64,000 bases of DNA from an uncultured Terrimonas sp. (GTDB lineage Bacteria > Bacteroidota > Bacteroidia > Chitinophagales > Chitinophagaceae), in the NCBI GenBank assembly GCA_964461595.1, contig CAYWVB010000023.1:3340-67339 (forward strand), given 5' to 3'. The notes below the pieces were generated by a model. The model saw only the letters and a list, made by a program, of their open reading frames with translations, was not told where the DNA came from and made no database searches. Made by a program: the position numbers and the translations under genes. Shown here piece by piece: positions 1 to 9,168 of this stretch (position 1 is its first letter; each line of letters opens with the position of its first letter).

Positions 1-2088
1 TGAAATAGTATAAAGCCCGGGCACTACCAATTGGCTGGCTGCATTATCTATCTCCCGGCTTCTTTGTTCCAGCCGGTTAGCTCCTGCATAGGCATTTAAA
101 TTCCAATTGTCTGAAAAGCTTTTTTTGTAGGTCAGCATCACATCCATATTGGTCTCACGCCTGTAAATATTATCAATCTCGTATGCTCCTTTAGGCTGCT
201 CATAATTATCGTATCCCTTTTGGGCTTCCCTCGCCTCTTCATAGGCATCCCGCGTATAACGCACCATCAGCCCCAGGCCTTTTGCTATATCATAATCCAG
301 TTGTATCTTTCCCACTGTCCTGTCCCGGTTAAAGCCGGTAGGATTTTCATACGCTACGAACCAGGGATTGTTCTGCTTTAATTTATATTTTCTTTGCTTA
401 ATGCCTTCCTGTCCCGGCAGCCAGTATTCGCGCAGATCATTGATATTTACCTGGGCGCCCATTTCGTACAAACTCCTCACCGGTGATGTACGATTTCCGT
501 CAATAATGGGTCTGTTGTCGGAGCCTGACTGAGTGATATTAAAATTGGCGGTCACCCTCAATTTGTCCGACAGCTTATACAGTGTATTGAAGGAAAGCGT
601 CATGCGCTTCAGGTCGGTATTGGGCACTATGCCTTTGGTGGTTACATTGCCTGCAGACAAACGAAAGCTTCCTTTGTCGTAGTTACCGCTTACACCGATA
701 TTATTAGTATTGCTGATGCCGGTCTGAAAAAAGTCTTTAAACCTGTTGGGATAAGATACCAGCGGCACTGCTTCACCATTGCTGTTCCACAATACCCATT
801 TTTCACCCACGTCCAGTTGCGCTCCCCAGTTTTCGTTCTCACTTTCTTCCAGCACATGAGCGCCTGATTTACCGTTTCCAAACTTGTTTTGCACAGGCAC
901 GTATTTATAGGGCACGTCAAAAGTTACGGCAGTATTCACAGACACGCCTAATCCTTTTTTGCCTCCTCGCCCCGATTTGGTGGTAATGAGCACTACCCCG
1001 TTACCCGCCCGGGAACCATATAATGCGGCGGCGCTGGGGCCTTTGAGTATGGAAATATTGGCAATATCGTCAGGATTGATATCAGAAATAGCATTCCCCA
1101 TATCAGCACCGGCAAACCCGTTATTCAACTGGTTGGCAACAGGCACTCCATCAATTACAAATAAAGGCTGGTTATCATTATTAAGAGAAGTAGCTCCCCT
1201 GATAAGCACTTTCACGGAAGACCCTGCATTACCATCCATCTGCGATATCTGCACGCCAGCCACCTTTCCCGACATAGCATTGAGCACGCTTGTTTGCGGT
1301 GTTTCGGTAAGCTCATCTCCATCAATATTACCTACCGAATATCCCAGTGACCTTTTCTCTCTTTTGATGCCCATTGCCGTTACTACTACTGTTGAAAGAT
1401 CCTGCGCTTCCGGCTCCATTGTAATATTTAACCTGCTGCGGCCGGCAACGGCCACCTCCTGTGTTTTATATCCGACGATACTGAATATAATGGTGGCATC
1501 CGCATCAGCAACGCTGAGCGAGAAAGTACCATCGTTTTTCGTGACCGTTCCATTATTAGTATTCTTTTCCACTACGCTCACATCAGGAACCGGCGCACCG
1601 TTCTTATCTGTTACCTTTCCCGTAATGGTAAGTTTCATTTTCTCTGCAGGATCCGGTAATTGACCTGGCTGTAATGCAGCAATTTTTTCCTGATGATCCC
1701 GGGAAACGATGATTGTATTATTTTTTACATGATAAACGAGGTCTGTACCGGATAACAGCAGCTCAAGCGTCCGGGCAAGTGAGCGCGTACGCCTGGGTAC
1801 ATCCGGCGCACCGGCTGAAGCAATCTGCGACTCCACATAAGCAAACTTAAAGCTCGTCTGCCGCTCAATCTGCCTGAAAGCATTTTTAAGCGTTCCGCTG
1901 CTGAGCCCTACTAACACATTGATCTCGCTGAGATCCTGGGCATTACCACTACGGGCTACCAGCAGTTGTGTACTAAGCATCATTGAAAAAATCACCAGGC
2001 AGCTTAATCTCATAAACAAAGCCCATTTTCGTAAAACAATCGTAATACGGGGGATGCCAAAACACTCCCCCAAGGCAGGAATTTTCAT
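1..2088 (-). CDS. SusC/RagA-family TonB-dependent receptor with N-terminal STN signalling domain (partial; C-terminus lies beyond the left edge)
   Basis: Absent from the ORF track because it has no stop in the window. My minus-strand translation from ATG 2088 (alternative ATG 2013) gives the signal-like MRLSCLVIFSMMLSTQLLVA. It then gives the STN block SSGTLKNAFRQIERQTSFKFAY, the CarboxypepD_reg block KLTITGKVTDKNGAPVPDVSVV and the plug block VVVTAMGIKREKRSLGYSV...LIRGATSLNNDNQPLFVIDGVPV. The frame stays open to base 1. Confidence 0.9.
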   Translation of the reverse strand, partial: MKIPALGECFGIPRITIVLRKWALFMRLSCLVIFSMMLSTQLLVARSGNAQDLSEINVLVGLSSGTLKNAFRQIERQTSFKFAYVESQIASAGAPDVPRRTRSLARTLELLLSGTDLVYHVKNNTIIVSRDHQEKIAALQPGQLPDPAEKMKLTITGKVTDKNGAPVPDVSVVEKNTNNGTVTKNDGTFSLSVADADATIIFSIVGYKTQEVAVAGRSRLNITMEPEAQDLSTVVVTAMGIKREKRSLGYSVGNIDGDELTETPQTSVLNAMSGKVAGVQISQMDGNAGSSVKVLIRGATSLNNDNQPLFVIDGVPVANQLNNGFAGADMGNAISDINPDDIANISILKGPSAAALYGSRAGNGVVLITTKSGRGGKKGLGVSVNTAVTFDVPYKYVPVQNKFGNGKSGAHVLEESENENWGAQLDVGEKWVLWNSNGEAVPLVSYPNRFKDFFQTGISNTNNIGVSGNYDKGSFRLSAGNVTTKGIVPNTDLKRMTLSFNTLYKLSDKLRVTANFNITQSGSDNRPIIDGNRTSPVRSLYEMGAQVNINDLREYWLPGQEGIKQRKYKLKQNNPWFVAYENPTGFNRDRTVGKIQLDYDIAKGLGLMVRYTRDAYEEAREAQKGYDNYEQPKGAYEIDNIYRRETNMDVMLTYKKSFSDNWNLNAYAGANRLEQRSREIDNAASQLVVPGLYTIS

Positions 2089-2175
2089 ACCTTTACTTTG
2101 GTTTTTAAATGTTACCGAATATTTAAAGCTATGGCTGCTCCGACTTCCACTCTGAGCGGCCAATTTTTTTATACT

Positions 2176-3204
2176 TTACTCACAACCTTTTCCTTTGATC
2201 TCAATAGTTGACGGTCCTGCCTGTTCCCAGCTTGCATTGATGAGCGTACAAATCACATCCAGCGACTGGTGGAGACCATCGCCAGCAAAATTTGCCGTGA
2301 ACCGGCAGGTACGCAACGCTTCATGCTCAAAAAGAAAACTAACGCCATAACGGTTCCCCAGGGCAATAACCGCTTCATCAACCGTTGCATTATCGAATAT
2401 CATGTCGTTGATCTTCCATTCCGTCACTTTGTCTATATCCGCTTTGGCATAGCTGGCTTCACTGGATATTTTATCAATGACCAGCTGATCTCCTGCAGAA
2501 AGCACACCCAGTGTCTTTTTAGAGCTGTCTGATTGCACCTGCACTTTTCCGCGTGTAACGGTAACCGATACCCTCGTGTCATTATCATAGGCGCGGATGT
2601 TGAAAGCCGTACCTAATACACGGGTAATATATTTTCCCGTATGTACCTGGAAAGGTTTACGGGCGTCATGTTTAACGTCAAAATAAGCTTCCCCCGTAAG
2701 ATATACATCCCTTGAAGACTGATTGAACGCCTGCGGATAATCCAGCTTGCTGCCATCATTTAAGGTAACTATAGTACCATCAGGCAGGCTGATGGTTTGA
2801 TGCCTGCCATGCTTTGCCTGAACAGTGCCTTCTTTTGGCTGAAGCTCAGTCTTGTGCTGAAAAGCTGTTTTCCAGATAAGCACTGAAGCAAACAATACCA
2901 TGCAGGCTGCAGCGGCCATAAAGAAATGCTTCCTGCGTTTTGACAGGGATATTTTTCTTGCAAAATCAAGCTCCTGGCTGTCTATTTTCCCCTGCAATAC
3001 ATGATAGGCCCTGTTCCAGTCTACCCTGCCGTCAGGAGAACTATCAGGGTTATTATCCCATAGATTTTTAAGATCAAGCTGAACGAGATCATTATCGGAG
3101 AGCTCCGACATAAGTTTCCAGAATTCCTGCAGCTCCTGCGGGCTGGCAGATCCGGCAAGATATTTCTGAAGCAATTTTTGCAATCGTATGGGATTAGAAG
3201 ACAT
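2176..3204 (-). CDS. FecR-family anti-sigma factor
   Basis: 342 aa with a central TM segment (FFMAAAACMVLFASVLIW). It has the FecR block SLPDGTIVTLNDGSKLDYP...GEAYFDVKHDARKPFQVHTGKYITRVLGTAFNIRAY. It sits between an ECF sigma gene and an STN-SusC. Confidence 0.9.
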   Translation of the reverse strand: MSSNPIRLQKLLQKYLAGSASPQELQEFWKLMSELSDNDLVQLDLKNLWDNNPDSSPDGRVDWNRAYHVLQGKIDSQELDFARKISLSKRRKHFFMAAAACMVLFASVLIWKTAFQHKTELQPKEGTVQAKHGRHQTISLPDGTIVTLNDGSKLDYPQAFNQSSRDVYLTGEAYFDVKHDARKPFQVHTGKYITRVLGTAFNIRAYDNDTRVSVTVTRGKVQVQSDSSKKTLGVLSAGDQLVIDKISSEASYAKADIDKVTEWKINDMIFDNATVDEAVIALGNRYGVSFLFEHEALRTCRFTANFAGDGLHQSLDVICTLINASWEQAGPSTIEIKGKGCE

Positions 3205-3273
3205 ATACTACCTGTAATCTTCCCTTATGACGACAGGAAAAAACAGACAGTACTATTGATCTCAAAAAAAAAT

Positions 3274-3861
3274 TTACCTGCCGACCAGGAAGCAAAGCAG
3301 CAGTACAGCATTTATTTCATGCTCTTTAAGGTAAGAGCGGAGAGAGCGAAGTGTTTCGGCCATGGTATTGCGCACGGTATTCCGGGAAAGATGCAATTTT
3401 TCTGCTATTTCATCATAGCTAAGCCCTTCCATACGGCTGAGGGTAAAAATAACACGCCGTTGTGGGGAAAGCCGTCCGAGGGCCCTGTTGATGATCTCTC
3501 TGCATTCCCATTCCTGCAACTTGTAATCTGCCTGCTTTTCCCTTGCAGCTTCCATTTCACGGCGTACCAGCTTTTGCAACGCTGCATTGCGGGAAGCGAT
3601 CCGGAAAAAATCCAGCGCTTTATTATACGCTACTTTGTGGAGGAATGCATCCATATTCCGGATTTCTGTTATAAGTTCTCTTCCTGTCCAAAGCTTCAGG
3701 AATACATCAATCACTAATTCCTCCGCGATCTCTTTTGATTTAACAACGGTATAGAGGTAGTTATATAATTTAGCGCGATGCTTTTCAAAAAGGTCCCGAA
3801 AAGCCGCCTGGTTACCCAAAGCAATTTCCGATTGTAAAACCACATCATCCGGCATAAGCAT
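3274..3861 (-). CDS. ECF (sigma-70 family) RNA polymerase sigma factor
   Basis: 195 aa. The region 2-like stretch is LYNYLYTVVKSKEIAEELVIDVFLKLW. The region 4 HTH is LSYDEIAEKLHLSRNTVRNTMAETL. It lies directly upstream of FecR. Confidence 0.9.
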   Translation of the reverse strand: MLMPDDVVLQSEIALGNQAAFRDLFEKHRAKLYNYLYTVVKSKEIAEELVIDVFLKLWTGRELITEIRNMDAFLHKVAYNKALDFFRIASRNAALQKLVRREMEAAREKQADYKLQEWECREIINRALGRLSPQRRVIFTLSRMEGLSYDEIAEKLHLSRNTVRNTMAETLRSLRSYLKEHEINAVLLLCFLVGR

Positions 3862-4048
3862 CGTTTTGAATAATAGGGGTTTATTCGCTGTTCATTACGT
3901 ATTAAAGGAGCATTAATAAAGGTGCTCATACTCATAGCCCGGGCCAGGAATTGGCAGATGAAAGCGAATAAATGTAAGAGGTAAACGTTGTAGTAAATAC
4001 CAGGCATGCCTTGCGCCTACATTACCTTATATACCTTACCCCTTACCC

Positions 4049-4471
4049 CTATACCCTGCCATACACCTTCAACAAAAAATCCTTCGCCGTCAGCACATCA
4101 ATTTTCGAAAAATAAAAATCTTTTACGTTCTCTGTCACGAAGCAACTGCAACCGGCATGTAAGGCAGCAAAATATTGTAGTCCGTCCTCGAAATCTTTTA
4201 CCTTTTTTTCAGTAGCAGCCTGTGTAACTTCTGTCTTACCACAATCCGCAATTATTAAGTGACCCGCCAGCAAAGCGATACGTTCTTTTGCTGATACAGT
4301 GCCGTGTTTCTTTTCTGCAAAATAATAAGTGATAGCCAGGCTTACCGAAGTGGTAACAGGCTCATGTCTGTTGGCTGTGATCCAGCTCAAGACACGCGAG
4401 GCATGTGTAAACAGCGGATATTCTTTGTTTACAACGGCCACCAGGATATTAGCATCAATAAACACCTTCAC
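4049..4471 (-). CDS. PIN-domain (VapC-like) toxin
   Basis: 140 aa. It has the N-terminal MKVFIDANILVAV with the first conserved Asp, plus later acidic positions (DFEDGLQYFAA, FVTENVKDF). It starts 8 nt downstream of a small antitoxin-like ORF. Confidence 0.75.
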   Translation of the reverse strand: MKVFIDANILVAVVNKEYPLFTHASRVLSWITANRHEPVTTSVSLAITYYFAEKKHGTVSAKERIALLAGHLIIADCGKTEVTQAATEKKVKDFEDGLQYFAALHAGCSCFVTENVKDFYFSKIDVLTAKDFLLKVYGRV

Positions 4472-4479
4472 AACAGTGG

Positions 4480-4737
4480 CTATTTACGGCTTTCGTAAAA
4501 ATCTTTCTTCTTCCTTTTGGAGAGCGGCTTGCTCTTGTATTCAGCAGGGCCTTCAGCAACCATGCTTACCCACTCTTCTATGGGAATATGCTCGATATTG
4601 TTGTGCTGCCCGGTGTTAATTACCTTTTGAAGGAGTATTTCGGTAAGGCGCGACAAGCTCAATCCCTGGGATTCGGCGTATTTTTTTGCCTTTTCAATAA
4701 CAGCGGCATTAAAGCTTAAAGTAACTTTGGCATCCAT
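4480..4737 (-). CDS. Small antitoxin-like protein (RHH/DUF6364-like), partner of the PIN toxin
   Basis: 85 aa. The block VTLSFNAAVIEKAKKYAESQGLSLSRLTEILL resembles ribbon-helix-helix-type antitoxins. Its position and size are typical of the upstream gene of a type II TA pair. A TATCTTTG -7-like box lies about 20 nt upstream of its ATG on the minus strand. Confidence 0.65.
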   Translation of the reverse strand: MDAKVTLSFNAAVIEKAKKYAESQGLSLSRLTEILLQKVINTGQHNNIEHIPIEEWVSMVAEGPAEYKSKPLSKRKKKDFYESRK

Positions 4738-4798
4738 GGCAGCATATTTATACTACAAAGATAAAAAAACTGTACGTATAAATTAGCAAATTGAGAAA

Positions 4799-6643
4799 AT
4801 GTTTATAATGAAAAAGATATTTATACAAAATAATTTCAGATGGTATTGTCTGCCGGCATGTATCATGCTTTGGGCGCAATCATTTGCCCAGCCCCCTGTT
4901 GTTATTAATGCAACCGACTTTGGTGTAAAGTCTAATAGTTATGAAAATGCCGCGCCGGCGCTGCGGCGGGCAATAGATGCCTGCAGGCAATATCCCGCAC
5001 CGGTGCTGACGCTGCCTCCCGGCCGTATTGACGTATGGCCCGACAGCGCTGACAAACGGGAATTGTACATTTCAAATACCACCGAAAACGACGCCCGCAG
5101 CAAAGTAAAAAATATAGCATTGCTGCTGGAGCGCTGCAATAATATTACCATAGAAGGGCAGGGAACACTTGTAATATTGCACGGCAAAATGCTGTCATTT
5201 GCCTTGCTGGAATGTAATAACATAAAAATCCGGCACCTCGCCTTTGACTATGAACGGCCTACTATGAGCGAGATCACCATTGAAGCTGTCAGCAAAAACC
5301 GCATCGAAACAGTTTTTCATCCTGATTCCCGTTTTTCCGTGGACAGTGGTAAACTAAGCCTCTATGGTGAAGGCTGGAAGGCACATGATTATCATACCAT
5401 CCTGTTTGATCCTGCTAATGACCGCATGCACTACAGCAGCTTGCAACCTTTATTAGAAGCAACGGCCCGGCAAACAGGGCCGCATCATGTTGTTTTTGAA
5501 GGTGATTTTGAAAAAGTATCTTATAAAGCAGGCAATGTGCTGACAGTGCGTGATCCCTATCGCGATAACTGCGGCGGCTTTATAGAGCAAAGCAGGAACA
5601 TAGAACTGTATGATGTGAAAATGTATTATATGCACGGTCTGGGCATTGTTTCCCAGTTTTCTGAAAATATAACATTGAGGAAAGTTGCGGTTGCACCCCG
5701 GGCGGAAAGCGGAAGGATCATCGCTGCTTTCGCGGATTGTTTTCATTTTTCCGGTTGCCGTGGCAGCGTTATCATAGACAGTTGCCATACATCCGGCGCG
5801 CACGATGACCCGGTGAACATACATGGCACACACTTGCAAATAGCAAGGATTGATAACGCGGGAAAAATAACCGTTCGTTTTATGCATCACCAGACCTATG
5901 GGTTTCCGGCATTTTTCCCGGGGGACAGCATTGCTTTTATTGAGCCTCAAACCCTCTTGCCCAAAGGCGCGGCGATAGTAAGATCGGCAGTGCTGATGAA
6001 TAAACGCGAAATGGCGCTCGAATTAAATGCGCCTGCACCGGCATATCTTACGGCAGGTTTGTGTATAGAAAATTTAACCTGGACCCCTGAAGTGCAGATC
6101 ACTAACAGCCGGTTTGAGCGCACCAATACGAGGGGGATATTGGTAACTTCCCGGCGGAAAGTGCTTATTGAAAACAATGTATTTTATCACACCGGTATGT
6201 ATCCCATCCTTATTGCCGATGACGCCAGCAGCTGGTTTGAATCAGGAGCCGTGCAGGATGTTACTATCCGGGATAATCTCTTTGAGGGCTGCGGCTATAA
6301 CAGCGGAAGCGGCGCCATTACTATTGCTCCCGAAAATCATCAACGGGTAGCGGGACAATATGTGCATCATAATATCCGGATCACCGGGAATACTTTTAAA
6401 ACACCGGATGGCAAAGCGCTCACTGCAAAAAGTGTAGAGGGACTGCAGTTCACCGATAATAAAATCTCCGGGAATGAACAGGCGGGCCAAACAACCCCGA
6501 AAAGCGCCATATCATTAGATGCCTGCACCAATGTGATCATCAAAAAGAACAGGATAACAAATCATGTTGCGAAAACAGTTGATTTGTCGGGGATGACAAC
6601 AAAAGATATTCAAACGGACTGGAAACTGAAAACGATTCACTAA
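4799..6643 (+). CDS. Secreted right-handed beta-helix glycosidase, GH110-like (putative alpha-1,3-galactosidase family)
   Basis: 614 aa with a signal peptide. The N-terminal block is VINATDFGVKSNSYENAAPALRRAIDACRQ...LTLPPGRIDVWP. It has repeated beta-helix rungs (NITIEG, NIKIRH, NIELYD, NITLRK). The resemblance to GH110 is from memory and unverified. Confidence 0.55.
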   Translation: MFIMKKIFIQNNFRWYCLPACIMLWAQSFAQPPVVINATDFGVKSNSYENAAPALRRAIDACRQYPAPVLTLPPGRIDVWPDSADKRELYISNTTENDARSKVKNIALLLERCNNITIEGQGTLVILHGKMLSFALLECNNIKIRHLAFDYERPTMSEITIEAVSKNRIETVFHPDSRFSVDSGKLSLYGEGWKAHDYHTILFDPANDRMHYSSLQPLLEATARQTGPHHVVFEGDFEKVSYKAGNVLTVRDPYRDNCGGFIEQSRNIELYDVKMYYMHGLGIVSQFSENITLRKVAVAPRAESGRIIAAFADCFHFSGCRGSVIIDSCHTSGAHDDPVNIHGTHLQIARIDNAGKITVRFMHHQTYGFPAFFPGDSIAFIEPQTLLPKGAAIVRSAVLMNKREMALELNAPAPAYLTAGLCIENLTWTPEVQITNSRFERTNTRGILVTSRRKVLIENNVFYHTGMYPILIADDASSWFESGAVQDVTIRDNLFEGCGYNSGSGAITIAPENHQRVAGQYVHHNIRITGNTFKTPDGKALTAKSVEGLQFTDNKISGNEQAGQTTPKSAISLDACTNVIIKKNRITNHVAKTVDLSGMTTKDIQTDWKLKTIH

Positions 6644-6660
6644 TTTTAAATAACGCTTAT

Positions 6661-8211
6661 ATGAAAAGAAAAGAGTTTCTCCGTGCCTCGGGTATGTTCC
6701 CTTTTATCGCGGGCAACCTGGCCACCGGTCTTTCAGCAGATGGCAATAACATTGCATCAGAGAAAGATATCCCGGAGCCGCTTCCGGGATCAGGAGATTT
6801 TTTCTACAAGCCGGAAGGTGCGTGGGCGGGCGACTTTATACCCATGTATGCAGAAGGGAAGTTTCAACTGTTTTATCTCCATGACTGGAGGAATGAAAAA
6901 GATCACGGAGAAGGTGTTCCATGGTACAGGCTATCAACAACGGACTTTGTTACGTTTGAAGAGCATGGGCAGGTAATTCCGCGTGGCACCAAAGAAGAAC
7001 AGGATCTGTTTGTTTTCACCGGTTCCGCGTTAAGGGCTCAAAACAAATACCATATATTTTATACCGGTCACAACCATCATTTTGCTGCTGCAGGTAAACC
7101 CATGCAGGCAATAATGCATGCCACAAGTGATGACCTGCAGCACTGGACTAAAATTCCGGAGCATACATTTTTTGCGCCAAAAGACAAATATGAGCAAAAC
7201 GATTGGCGCGATCCCTTCGTGTTCTTCAATGAGGAAACAAAAGAATACAATATGCTGCTGGCGGGAAGGTTGAACAAAGGGATACCACGGCGACGCGGTG
7301 TTACTGCTGTCTGCACTTCAAAAGACCTCGTGAAATGGAAAGTACAGGATCATTTATATGCTCCCAATCAGTTTATAACCCATGAATGCCCCGACCTGTT
7401 TAAAACAGGCGACTGGTGGTACCTGATATTTTCCGAATATAATGATGTATATGCTACCCGATACCGCAAGAGCCGTTCGTTAAAAGGTCCCTGGCTCACA
7501 CCAAAGCAGGATACTTTCGACGGGCATGCCTTCTATGCAGCCAAAACCGCAACCGATGGGAAAAAAAGATTTTTGTTTGGATGGAATCCAACCCGAAGCG
7601 AGGATAAAGACAACGGCGCCTGGAACTGGGGGGGAAACCTTGTGGTGCACCAGATACATCAACAGGCCAATGGTGACCTCACGGTTCATGTACCCGATAC
7701 TGTTCGTAAAGCATTTAATAAACCCGTACAGCAGGAATTTAGATCAGGTAATGGCGAAGTGGTCGGAGCAAAGAAGGAAATAGAAATTAAAGCTGAAGGA
7801 GGATTTAATGCCATAGCGGCAGGCAAAATGCCTGACAAATGCAGGATAAGCGCTACCATTGTTTTTGAAAGATCTCCCAGAAATTTCGGTTGCATTTTAC
7901 GCGGCAGCGACGACTTCGACAAAGGATATTACATCCGGTTGGAACCCGACAGGAACAGGCTTGTATATGATATGTGGCCGCGAAGAATAAATGAGCTCCC
8001 TTATATGGCAGAACTTGAGCGGCTGGTAACATTCAGTCCGGGCACACCTGTGTTCATAGAAATATTTGTTGATGGAAATAAAGGCGTCGTGTACGTAAAT
8101 AATGCTGTTGCGATGAATTTCCGGGCATACGATATGCCCGAAGGCAACTGGGGATTTTTTGTAACAGAAGGAACAGCGCGTTTTTCAAACATTGAATTGG
8201 CTGTGCTATAA
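6661..8211 (+). CDS. GH32-like (clan GH-J) glycoside hydrolase with Tat-like signal
   Basis: 516 aa. The N-terminus MKRKEFLRASGMFPF is Tat-like. It carries the GH32 landmarks WRDPFVF (RDP motif) and ECPDLF (EC motif). The nucleophile region reads AWAGDFIPMYAEGKFQLFYL rather than WMNDPNG. Confidence 0.65.
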   Translation: MKRKEFLRASGMFPFIAGNLATGLSADGNNIASEKDIPEPLPGSGDFFYKPEGAWAGDFIPMYAEGKFQLFYLHDWRNEKDHGEGVPWYRLSTTDFVTFEEHGQVIPRGTKEEQDLFVFTGSALRAQNKYHIFYTGHNHHFAAAGKPMQAIMHATSDDLQHWTKIPEHTFFAPKDKYEQNDWRDPFVFFNEETKEYNMLLAGRLNKGIPRRRGVTAVCTSKDLVKWKVQDHLYAPNQFITHECPDLFKTGDWWYLIFSEYNDVYATRYRKSRSLKGPWLTPKQDTFDGHAFYAAKTATDGKKRFLFGWNPTRSEDKDNGAWNWGGNLVVHQIHQQANGDLTVHVPDTVRKAFNKPVQQEFRSGNGEVVGAKKEIEIKAEGGFNAIAAGKMPDKCRISATIVFERSPRNFGCILRGSDDFDKGYYIRLEPDRNRLVYDMWPRRINELPYMAELERLVTFSPGTPVFIEIFVDGNKGVVYVNNAVAMNFRAYDMPEGNWGFFVTEGTARFSNIELAVL

Positions 8212-8481
8212 ATTCAAATCACTTATTATTTTACAATGCGAAGAAAAAATATTACGGGGAATCTTTATTGACCAGGCAAAAATAACATCAATAATGGTCA
8301 AATCAGATGTTGTTCAGGAAATTCAGCGTATTATAATTTTAACTCCTAAAGTGTCTCCGCGAATATTGCTTAAACGCTTACCGCGCAGTAGCTTTACATA
8401 GCATTCAAAATGCCGGCTTCAAAAATTAATATCTTTAAAAAAAGATTTAACTTTACCCGGCCTGCTTAATTCGCTAAAACA

Positions 8482-9069
8482 ATGTACCATCACCTAACGG
8501 ATAGTGAATTGCTGAATTTGCTTCATGAAAATGACGGATCTGCATTTACCGAAATCTATGATCGGTACTGGGAAAAAATGACGATGCATGTGCTGAAAGT
8601 TATCCATTCTCCCGAAGATGCCGGGGATATAGTTCAGGAAGTTTTTCTTTCCATCTGGAAAAGGAGAGAGGAATTACTTATAACTGGTGCGCTTGGAGCG
8701 TATCTTCTGAAAAGTGTCAGAAATCTTGCAATAAAGCACATTGAGAAAAATATTTCCAAACGGAATTTCCTGTCAAGTCTTTCATGGATGCTCCGGCATA
8801 GTGAATTAGTTGCCCAGCAAAATATTGAATGTGAGGAAATAGAAGATAAAATTGCAGCAGTTGTATCAACGCTCCCGCCTAAAATGAAGGTGGTATTTGT
8901 TATGAGCCGTAATCAACAGCTCAGCTATAAAGAAATCGCCCTTCAGATGGGGATTGCGGAAACCACGGTTAAAAAGCAGGTAAGCAATGCCATCAAGATT
9001 ATTCGCCGGTCGGTTGGAGAATTATGTATTTCACTTTTTATTTGCCTAAGCTTAATGGCTTCCATGTAA
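8482..9069 (+). CDS. ECF (sigma-70 family) RNA polymerase sigma factor
   Basis: 195 aa. The region 2-like stretch is EDAGDIVQEVFLSIW. The region 4 HTH is LSYKEIALQMGIAETTVKKQVSNAIKIIR. FecR and an STN-SusC follow it. Confidence 0.9.
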   Translation: MYHHLTDSELLNLLHENDGSAFTEIYDRYWEKMTMHVLKVIHSPEDAGDIVQEVFLSIWKRREELLITGALGAYLLKSVRNLAIKHIEKNISKRNFLSSLSWMLRHSELVAQQNIECEEIEDKIAAVVSTLPPKMKVVFVMSRNQQLSYKEIALQMGIAETTVKKQVSNAIKIIRRSVGELCISLFICLSLMASM

Positions 9070-9168
9070 CCACTCCATTATTATCCTGTTTTTTTTCATC
9101 CCGTCTACTACCAACTGCCTTTTTACGGAACATAAGGTAGTAAAAGCTGTGCGTTCTAAATATTTATT

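Noticed and set aside
959-1663. 234-aa plus-strand ORF from the track
   Set aside because: It lies antisense to a continuous minus-strand reading frame with clear SusC plug and CarboxypepD_reg motifs. Its composition is low-complexity (P/S/T/L-rich) with no recognisable domain.
8192-8401. 69-aa ORF in the 270-nt region upstream of the second ECF sigma gene
   Set aside because: It overlaps the end of the GH32-like gene and has no motifs. The region is AT-rich and more likely a promoter region.
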